Origin: Catajapyx aquilonaris
Taxonomy: Eukaryota
Direction of reading: 5' to 3'
Assembly: GCA_000934665.2 (NCBI GenBank)
Contig: KZ538412.1
Span: forward strand, 53,324 to 73,323
DNA: 20,000 nucleotides
Positions within the stretch are counted from its first letter, which is position 1, and each line of letters opens with the position of its first letter. Positions 11,010 through 20,000 of this stretch are shown piece after piece. The position numbers and the translations under genes are program-made. The notes below the pieces were generated by a model. The model was not told where the DNA came from and did no database searches. It saw only the letters and a program-made list of their open reading frames with translations.

Positions 11010-11400
11010 TTCAAAATTATTTTGCGTTTCCAACTGCTAAAGCGATTCGGGGGCCCTACAAGTTCAATTATCAGCAAATGACAGCAAATTTATTTAACGT
11101 CGCACAGGGCTCTTGTGATAAAGGTACTAGCTTCTGCACAATGTAAAATTGCCATTGTGGCACTATGTGCAATGGCTGGCCCTCCAAGTCAAAGACGCAG
11201 CCTCCCTCTCTGGGCCTCGAAATGTGAGGATGGTTGTATAGTGGATTTCTGCTAATTCAACCACCAAATCTGCCTCCTATACGATTCATTTGTTAAAGAA
11301 TTGGACCGTGTTTGACCGCAAATATCTCACAAATGAAAAATACAAAGTATTCATTTTCATGCAAAGTGTCATTGGAGACCTTGTTTAAATGTGTAACATA

Positions 11401-12177
11401 TCTAATATACGAATAATGGCCACATTCCCTCTAATTCGCTACTTTTTATCGGAGAGAAAATGTAGAAAAGTGTGAATATTTGATGACCATGCGAGATGAA
11501 GCCTATTTGAGAATTTTGGGGGACGTAAGTGTTTAATAAAAAATTTTTATTTTAAATCACTGATGGTTCCAACATTTTCACGTCAGTGTCTAGCTTCATA
11601 ATCATGTTATTTGTCATCATTTAATTGTAATTAAGACAAGAAAAACCCAGGTGTTTTGTCTATTTGCGGTGGAAAAAAGTTGTCAATTTCAATATTATAG
11701 TCTGGGCATTACTTCAGGCACAATAACCAAGTTATTTCCCGAAAACTTCTGGACTGACCCAGCCATATTAGGCCATGCAGCCCGTCAATTCCCGCATTTA
11801 TTTGCAATAATTTACTAATACAGTACATTAATTGGCATCTTCTTCACTCTTGCCTCCTTCACTCTTCTTCTTTTCCTATACTTCCTTTTTCCACCACAAA
11901 TAGATGAGATAACTGGATTTTAGTTGTCTTAATTACAGCTAAACGATAATAAATAAGTCAATTGTAGAGCCATAGGCTGCCCAAAAATGTTGGAACCACT
12001 CATAGTTAAAAAGGCATTTTTTGGTTTGACCACTTACTTTCCAAAGAATTCAGATGTAGGTCTATGCAACATAGCGTACAAAGCCATCGAAAATTACGGA
12101 TACTTTTCTCTCTCCCTCTTCTCCGAGAGAAAGGTGCAAATTTGAGTGAATAATAAGTAACCAATGCGTGATTAGGA
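11401..12177. mobile_element. Diverged long-inverted-repeat (foldback/MITE-like) element
   Basis: Arms ~11401-11679 and ~11884-12177 align in reverse complement through collinear blocks TCGGAGA, GTAAGTG, TGGTTCCAACATTTT, TGTAATTAAGACAA and TCTATTTGYGGTGGAAAAA. Termini are not resolved. Confidence 0.7.
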
Positions 12178-12923
12178 ATAGGCGGATAAAAATAGGACCT
12201 CGGCGGGGTGCCTGAATTTTATGCTCCCCTTCAAGGGTCCCCCGCACCTGACTTTGACTCCGGGCCCTGCCACCCCTACGCCCCGGCAAACTTTGGGAGG
12301 AGGGGGTATCCAAAACCATGTTATTTAGGGGTGGCTTGTGCAAATGTGGGATCTGCAGTGTAAATAAAACTTTCATGGTAACATTTGCACAGCAAATGAA
12401 ATTGTTATCACAGTAATATTATCCATTACAAGAACTGTTAAAAATTATGCCCACGGGCTTGTATGTAAACTCTACAGCAATGTACCTGCTAAAAAATCTC
12501 ATCAGTGGCAGTAATCTTTGTTGGTATCATTCTGATACACCTTGTATATGCTGTATTATCCCGCAAATAAAGGCCTGCAGGTATATTCCATGGCACCTGG
12601 TCAGCCAGTGTAAAGTGGGGTCATTTTCATGATTTCTTCCTTCCCTTGAAAATTCTCACATTTTAATTTTAACCATTACTCAATATGGTGTGGTGGGACA
12701 AAGCAAACACTATGCAACATGATATTTGTCCATGGAAATTTATCACTATTTCCATGTTCCTTAGGTCACTTGTAACTCATAATGACCAATAATTTTGTCT
12801 TCGATTTGCTTTTGACGTTGGGGCAGTCAAAAAAACAAAATACTCAAATATAGGGTTTTTTCCAATCAAGTGGGCCTAAATGTTGCTAGACCATCTCGGA
12901 ATTTGCTGAAAATAATCACAGCT

Positions 12924-13171
12924 CTCATGGCACAACTTAAAACCCTGTATCTTCGAAAATCACGTAATTGGAGATAAATGCACCGTTGCACTCCTCTTTG
13001 CAAGTCACACCTTTTGGTACAAAACCCATAACTGCGGTAGCAACCCTTGCAAAGTTATGGCCAATTGAAATCATGCACTTCCATATACAATAATGGAGTC
13101 CAAAAACTTCAAGTGCGAATATCTCGAAATGACAAAAAGCTGAGATACAGGGTTTTGACTTGGGCCATCAG
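12924..13171. repeat. Inverted-repeat-bounded cassette present only in the left arm of the 12708-14973 element
   Basis: CTCATGGCACAACTTAAAACCCTGTATCT vs reverse complement CTGATGGCCCAAGTCAAAACCCTGTATCT. AGCT flanks both sides (12920-12923, 13172-13175); the right arm has a single ACAGCTGT at the equivalent site. Confidence 0.7.
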
Positions 13172-13568
13172 AGCTGTACACACCTGTGCCATAACACTGC
13201 ATATCAGTTTCAGCCCAATTACGAAATACCGTGGGGAGGGAAAAATGTGGGAAATGGGGGCCTTTTTTGGATAATTTTTTCCGGTTAGTGGAAGTGATCA
13301 AAACCCAATCAACACATACATCAAATGAAAGAGAAACACTAGGGGAATGCGGCTATGAAATTTGTTTCCTTCTTAAAGGTAACCAAACAAACGCGTGGCA
13401 TTTCATCAGTCACATGTCCAAGAATATGGCTCCATGCAAATTAATGGCAATTTGGCGAAACATATCTATTATTTTCTCGTGAGCCATGCATGACCCAGGA
13501 TTGAAACGGAACATATTGAATCTTGTATGGGTCGCAACTTCTGTCACCAAATATGGCTGCGCTTACAC

Positions 13569-14049
<481 letters not shown>

Positions 14050-14072
14050 CTTACATAAATACATCACTAATT

Positions 14073-14467
14073 GGGGAGGCGGAGTGGCGCTGCGGTGAAG
14101 TTCACGCCCACGGATGTAAGGGTCCTGGGTTCGACCCCAAGCCCAGGCTTTCCCCCTTCATCTCGTTCAGAGTTGGGTCGTCTCTGGCTTCGTTTCGGGT
14201 GGGACTCCTGAGACTAACCACCCAGGGGGAGTTCACAAAATGTACCATGGTATAGACATTGCACTGCACTTTGCACATCCCCTCCTGTCATCCTGCCCGT
14301 GGGCCCGGGCGATTAGCTCAAGGTTCCAATTGTACGTTATGTACACATCGCATATTAATGATCAATAAAGGTCCATGCGACATACCCAGCAGGGTGAAAG
14401 CACTACCCACGATTATTATTATTAATTATTATTATTATGATGATTACTACTACTACTACTATTATCC
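14073..14467 (+). mobile_element. tRNA-derived SINE (family B), copy 2, with (ATT)n/(ACT)n tail
   Basis: Head GGGGAGGCGGAG-TGGCGCTGCGG (A box)...GGTTCGACCCC (B box). Simple-repeat tail at 14412-14465. TSD CACTAATT at 14065-14072 and 14468-14475. Confidence 0.88.
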
Positions 14468-15377
14468 CACTAATTGTTGGTCACTAAATACTTGGACATG
14501 TGACCCATAAAATGCCATACATTTTTCTGAGTGCATTTTTGAGAAAAAGAAATTCCATAGGCGAATTCTCCTCGCGGTTCTCTTTCATTTGAGGCATAGG
14601 TTGATTGGGTTTTGACCACTTCCAATAAGCGAAAAAAATTATCCAAAAAAGGTTCCATTTTCAAAATTTCGCGATTTTTTTCCCTCCTCACGGTATTTCG
14701 CAATTTGGCTGAAACTTGATATGCAGCATTACGGGATAGGTCTGTACAGCTGTGATGTCTTTCAGAAAAATCCGAGGTGGTCTAGCAACATTTAGGCCCA
14801 CTCGATTGGGAAAAACTCATATATTTGAGGATTTTGGTTTTTTGACTGCCCCGAGGTCAAAAACAAATCGAAGACAAAATGAATGGTCATTATGAGTTAT
14901 GAGTAACCTAAGGAATACTAAATTGATGATGAATTACTATGGACAGAAAAAAGTTGGTTTTTGTGGCATAGTGAAATCAAAGTTTAGAAGCGAAGTATAA
15001 ATGTGAGCTCGTAATTAAATAACAATTAAACCTTGCTCGGAGGGTTAGGGTGGAAGGTCATGTCATGGGTCATGTTTTATCACAAAAGTTCTGAAGTGAT
15101 TTATAGGGGTCATCAAAAATGGGCACTGACAAGAGCTGACTTGTTCAGATATATTTTTCACAGGTTAAATGTGGACACTGGACATAACCCCACTATACAC
15201 CAGCATATTCACCAGAGTAAGTTTTCTAAAATCTGGTCACCCCGATTTTGCTAGTACCGGTATGCCTTTATTTTTGAGTTAATATTGTACAATGTTAAAT
15301 AAAATAAAAGTGGACAAATGAATCCTCACACACATGTTACAAAGATGCCCAGGAACAAATATCCCCAACTGCTGATA

Positions 15378-15476
15378 GGGGTTATCCATAAATTACGTGT
15401 ACAGAAAATGAGGGGAGGGGGCTTGAAAAAAGTGACAAAAAGTGAAAAAGTGTACATGAGATTTATGGATAACGTC
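15378..15476. mobile_element. ~100-bp MITE, PIF/Harbinger (Tourist)-like
   Basis: TIRs GGGGTTATCCATAAATTACGTGTACA and TGTACATGAGATTTATGGATAACGTC with TA-rich flanks (ATA/TAA). A similar terminus occurs at 19948. Confidence 0.75.
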
Positions 15477-15513
15477 TAAGGTCTTCCTACACCTATAGAT
15501 CAAAGGACATGGT

Positions 15514-16701
15514 GAAAAGTTGAGCCAGATGGATTTGGCTGAAAGTTGGTCAGTTGACAGACCTTGACCTTAGAGTCAATTGTTCTGAAGGCCGAAGAAA
15601 ATCTACCATGCCTTTGGCCACTAGACTGACTAGAGGTTCTCAAAGTTGGAATTTCAGGTGGTTCTAGTGGCCAAATGGTTTGTTACAGAAAATCGCCACA
15701 TGGCTCATTCGACTCAGCTCATGAAACTCTACAACATACGAGGCATATCTGGAAAGTATGGTACATTTATTTATTAGAAAAACCACAATGCACTCCCAAA
15801 ATTTTTATTTACACATCTGAAAGCAACAGCTGTCTACTTTTCTTTCAAAATAGTTTCCAGAAAAATCTAGGCATTTTCCATTGAGTTACACTATATTTTG
15901 TATGCCTATGTCAGAGGTCTGCTGCCAGCCATTTCTGCAATCCTTGAACGCTGGATTGCAACTCCTCGTCATCGTCAACCTTCTGCTTTGGAAGCCATTT
16001 CTTCCTGTCCATGGACAGGTCGTAATCGGTAGGCTCTAAATCCTGGGTGATCAAACAATTCTCACTTGAATTGTTGTGGCAGGGTTCCAGTAAGCAGGCA
16101 GTAGGCAGGTGGGCATTATCGTGCAAGAAAAACACCAGGAACTCAACATGCTGCTATGTTTGTTCAACCCAAAGGTTTATTGTGATACATTACAGAAGTT
16201 AAGGATAGCCATTCACAAGAAATGTATCGGTATATTGAGTTTCGGGGTGTTTTCTTGTGTGACAATGCCGCCTGCCTACTGCCTTGCTTACTGGAATGAT
16301 GACGAGGAGTTACAATCCAGCGTTCAGGGATCGCAGAAATGGCTGGCAGCGGACCTCTCTGACATAGGCATACAAAATCTTGTGTAACTCAATGAAAAAT
16401 GCCTCAATTTGTCTAGAAACTATTTTGAAAAAAAGTAGACAGTTGTTGCTTTCAGATGTGTAAATAAAAATTTTGGTGGTGCATTGTGGTTTTTAAAATA
16501 AACAAATGGACCTTACTTCCCGGAAAGGCCTCGTATATGAAAATGAGTCTGATAGGAACCACCTGAAATGCCGACTTTGAGCGCCTCTAGCGGCCAAATG
16601 GTGGCACAGTAGATTTTCTTTGTCCTTCAGAACAATTGACCCTAAGGACAAGGTCTATCAACTGACCAAGTTTGATCTAAATCCATCTGGCTCAACTTTT
16701 C
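15514..16701. mobile_element. MITE-like element with ~150-bp TIRs, interrupted by a mariner derivative
   Basis: 15514-15665 (GAAAAGTTGAGCCAGATGGATTT...GTCAATTGTTCTGAAGG...TTTCAGGTGGTTC) is the reverse complement of 16553-16701. Superfamily undetermined. Confidence 0.8.
15739..16533. mobile_element. Mariner-derived foldback element made of two inverted 3' transposase halves (non-autonomous)
   Basis: TA|CGAGGC...GCCTCG|TA termini (TA TSD) with ~235-bp inverted arms. Decayed mariner transposase motifs on both strands: LHDNA, DLEPTDY (cf. DLAPSDY), DDEELQSSV, YCDTLQKLRIAI, GIQNLV. Confidence 0.88.
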
Positions 16702-17518
16702 CATAAAGAACCCCAATGTACTTTGGTTGCAATGAGTGGCACGAGAAAAGATTTTCCTAATTATATCGGCCACAAGATCTCTTTAGGCCCAACTGCCACA
16801 CTGCAACATATACCCTTCATGCCAAGAACTGGAGCATTGTACTACAGGCAACCCCTGACTTACGTAGCTTTGACCTGTGTAGATTCAGATCTCACAAAAA
16901 GTTTCTGACCGTGCAAAAAAACCCTCCGGAACTGACATAATAAACTGGTTACATAATATAAAATGACAGCAATTGTGAGAAAGACACGTTAAATTTACAC
17001 TCGTTCTACACTGGTCAATAAGCAGAAAATGGCTGATTAAAGGGGCTATACAAGTGTGTCTTGACATCAAGGGCCATGACAGATTGTACCTGGGTGAGGA
17101 ACAGGATGTGCTTTTCTTCCTTATTTTTCCCTTCACAATTATGGCTCTTCACGTAACAAGTGACATAATAATGAATGCTCTACTTTAAAAACATTATATC
17201 TTGCCTTACAGCCAGCTGAAGTATTCAGCCCAGTGGGTTGCTTCCATGGGGCCTTTAACTTCTCAATCCTGAACACATCGAATGAGTTTCACGTCTCCCA
17301 TCTGCTTCGCTTTCCACCATCGCTTTGTGGCAAACAAAAAAAACACTCTCATATCCATATTTTAGCATGGACTTGGGGTTCTGGGCATATGTTGTGTGGA
17401 CTTTCAGCTCTTCTTTCTGCAAAAAAAGATGGGTTGAAGGTATCTTTAAATCCATTTACTAAATTATAGCATAAATGTGTTTTTTAGCTTTTTGATTAAA
17501 TCCATACCCTGTGACTAA

Positions 17519-17943
17519 GGCCGATTTCTCAAACAGTGGTTCAAATGTAAACTTTTTTTTATTTTTAATGCACCCCGTGATAGGGCGGAGCCCTTTTAGG
17601 GGGGAAGGGGAGGTTCCCAAGGGAGGGCGAGGTAATTATAGTCATTTTTGAGTATGTGAAATACACCAGACCTTTTCTCCTGGCCCTGGGCAGAGTAGGG
17701 GGTGCCCTGGCATGTCGGGTGAAAAGTGGAAAAAGACCCGGCCAAGCAGAGGTGATGGGGGCGGGATTTGAACCCCGCCTCCCGCTTGGCTGGCCAGTGG
17801 CGTAACTACCAGACCACCATGCCCCCCTTTCAAATGTAAACTTGGTTTAAGTCCAGTTTAATCCCAGTTCAGAGTCTCTGAACTGGGATTAAACTGGACT
17901 TGAACCGAGTTTACATTTGAACCACTGTTCGAGAAATCAGGCC
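17519..17943. mobile_element. Fully palindromic ~135-bp MITE (PIF/Harbinger-like), split by a SINE
   Basis: Removing the SINE and one TSD copy gives GGCCGATTTCTCAAACAGTGGTTCAAATGTAAACTTGGTTTAAGTCCAGTTTAATCCCAGTTCAGAG-T-CTCTGAACTGGGATTAAACTGGACTT...GAGAAATCAGGCC. Flanks are TAA and TTA (TWA-type). Confidence 0.85.
17555..17828 (-). mobile_element. tRNA-derived SINE (family C), full length
   Basis: 15-bp perfect TSD TTCAAATGTAAACTT (17540-17554, 17829-17843). Minus-strand A-box-like TGGTCTGGTAG and B box GGTTCAAATCC within a GGCGGG/CCCGCC stem. A-rich tail. Confidence 0.9.
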
Positions 17944-18357
17944 TTACAAATCTAAGTATCTCATCATAATCTACCTTACCCAAAAACCTATTGCTTCGCG
18001 CGCCCCAAAAACATGGGAGGGGTGGGGTAGTAAACAAAATGTGATAAAAAATCTCCGTTATGATTATCTGGACTTTATAATGGATCATTATATTAATCAT
18101 AACAATGGAGTTAGGATGACACCAAAGTTAAAGTTAATTTGACAGTTAACAACTGAAACAGATATGATTACACTTAGGCAATTCCATGGAAAAGCGAACA
18201 TGAGATTCAAATTTTGTTGGCCAGGTTTGCAGAAATGTGTGCGAAAATGTATCAGCAGACTACTATCCATTTATTTAATACAAGCCCCTGTTGAAAAACT
18301 GTTACCAGCGGTCGGCGCTCGAGTCAAGTGCCAGTACAGGTGGCGCCTTACCTAGCG

Positions 18358-18489
18358 GGGCAATTCTGAACCATTAGGGTCGACTGGAAGGTTATTAGGT
18401 TGACTGAAGTCTGAAAGGCCTCCTGTGGCCCAAGGTGGCCTTTCAGACTCCAGCCAATTGGAGTTGACCGTAATGGTTCAGAATTGCCC
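18358..18489. mobile_element. ~130-bp palindromic MITE
   Basis: Outer TIRs GGGCAATTCTGAACCATTAGGGTCGACT / AGTTGACCGTAATGGTTCAGAATTGCCC. Inner stem AGTCTGAAAGGCC / GGCCTTTCAGACT. Confidence 0.8.
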
Positions 18490-19855
18490 TTATGTAGTAC
18501 ATCAGTACATATTGAGTCTTCTAAACAATTTCAGAAACAAATATTTTAGAGACATATTGTTGGTAGCATATTGTAAACCTATTTATGCCACATTTTGTAA
18601 ATAAAAATGGTGAATTTTTCTAATGGGATAAAAGTAAAATTTTTAGTCACAAAAAATACACCTATTTTTAAAAAGAGAGGACTCGAGAAACATTGCAAGA
18701 CTTCTGGCACACCATATGTGTCATCTGTCTGAAGCTAGCTAATATTTGACAGGGTCAGTTTGAAGTAAATGTATTCACTTATTTTAAAATCAATTCAAAC
18801 TTTTGATGCATCACAGGGTTTGTGTTTTGAAGGTAAGTTGAGCAAGCTTTCCTAGGCAACATGAATAAAAAGCATCAATTATCCATTGCATGAAAGTGAC
18901 AGGGCCTAAGCTGAACCCACAATCTAAAGCTTGATGCATCGGTACTTTCCCAACAGATCATTGCGTCCCAGATGTGAATGAATTCAATTTCAGGTAGATT
19001 ATTAATATCATGAATTTTCAATGAGGCATGTCTAAAAAATTACAAGAACTGAACCTACTTGAAATACAAAACCCACTCCTTTGATAATCTCACGAACGTC
19101 TTCGTAACTAGGCTCGATCGACTTCTCCCCTGGAATGTCGGAAAAGTGGTACAACAGAGGTCCTAGATTCACCCATACTCCTCCTAAAAAGAAAAAAGTA
19201 ATATCACAATTCTTCTAGATTCTTCTAGATCTGGAAGTAACTGTACAGTAAAAACTAATCTAATTCATTGTTCATTTTCAAAGGATTTTACCAAGTAAGA
19301 CAGAAAATGTATACGGTGTGCATATTTTACATCAGAAACTTTCATGGTGCAAAGGAGGTTAGTAGAGTAAATGAGAAAAGTGGATGTTAGATCTGCAAAA
19401 TGGTGACAACTAAAGGAGATAGAGGGGTCAAATCATTGCAAAGGGCTGGCAGGAGTTGGATGGAATATGAAGAAATTTTAATTCTTAAAGCAGTGGTAGA
19501 TGAAGCCTAGTTTCTCAGGCTGCCTAATATTCATGAAAATTGACAGAGTTCAAGTGATGATTGCACAATAAACAATATGTAACTCAAAAAATTGGGCTTC
19601 ATTCAGCATTGCGATAGGGGGCGGGGTAATCCTGGTGATGGACTTGACCTTCTCAAATGACTCATGTGGTTCATTATCTCACTAATGGCGATATTATGGC
19701 AGACCCAAAATAATCAGTAACGGCCTCCAACTCATTAACAGTACAAGTATTGCAATGAGGGTGATAAGCGTGATAACTCACAATAGGGTAATTGAATCAA
19801 AATTTATGGTGTGACATACCACAGGATGAGTTACACATACATACAGCATAATATG

Positions 19856-19944
19856 CAGAGCCAGCCTTAGGGGTGGGCAGTCCGGGCGACCGCCCGGAGC
19901 CCCGCGCTTCTGGGTGGCCCCGTGCCGTGTGACCTTGAACCCCC
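19856..19944. mobile_element. Left end of a GC-rich hAT-like MITE (partner end not in window)
   Basis: CAGAGCCAGCCTTAGGGGTGGGCAGTCCGGGCGACCGCCCGGAGCCC resembles CAGGGCCGGC-type hAT termini and contains the hairpin CCGGGCG/CGCCCGG. Only one end is visible. Confidence 0.45.
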
Positions 19945-19947
19945 TTA

Positions 19948-20000
19948 GGGGTCGTCCATAAACCACGTGACCGATTTTCAGGCACTTTTTGACCCCCCCC
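19948..20000. mobile_element. Left end of a PIF/Harbinger-like MITE running off the window
   Basis: TTA|GGGGTCGTCCATAAACCACGTG is similar to the TIR at 15378. Confidence 0.6.

Larger units (their letters stand above)
10844..12291. mobile_element. Old hAT-like non-autonomous DNA element (tentative)
   Basis: Left end CAGTGCCGGCGCGTGGGG matches the reverse complement of CCCCTACGCCCCGGCA near 12273-12288. The 8-bp flanks TTCAGGAG (10836-10843) and TTTGGGAG (12292-12299) match at 6/8. Confidence 0.4.

Noticed and set aside
15230..15256. Helitron-like 3' end (CTAG|T)
   Set aside because: No clear subterminal hairpin and no identifiable 5' end.
15911..16387. Functional mariner transposase
   Set aside because: Only frameshifted, deleted C-terminal fragments; no DNA-binding domain or complete catalytic triad.
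19210..19237. TTCTTCTAGA direct repeat resembling a heat-shock element
   Set aside because: Poor fit to alternating nGAAn units and no evident promoter; likely a small tandem duplication.

Overview
Eukaryotic genomic DNA, most likely an insect or other arthropod (inferred from 55-75 bp GT-AG introns, tRNA-derived SINEs and mariner/Harbinger-type MITEs). The first 6 kb hold two plus-strand genes. One is the 3' part of a spliced SLC17 (sialin/inorganic-phosphate-cotransporter-like) MFS transporter. The other is a compact gene fusing an NHERF-like PDZ domain to a SINA/Siah-type RING, zinc finger and probable substrate-binding domain. The remaining ~14 kb has no recognisable protein-coding gene but is dense in nested mobile DNA: four tRNA-derived SINE copies with TSDs (two head-to-head), a 2.27 kb long-TIR element with CACTATG termini, a foldback mariner derivative inside another inverted-repeat element, several palindromic MITEs and a 5'-truncated retroposon. 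All calls were made by eye without alignments or database searches. Repeat boundaries are approximate unless a TSD is given.
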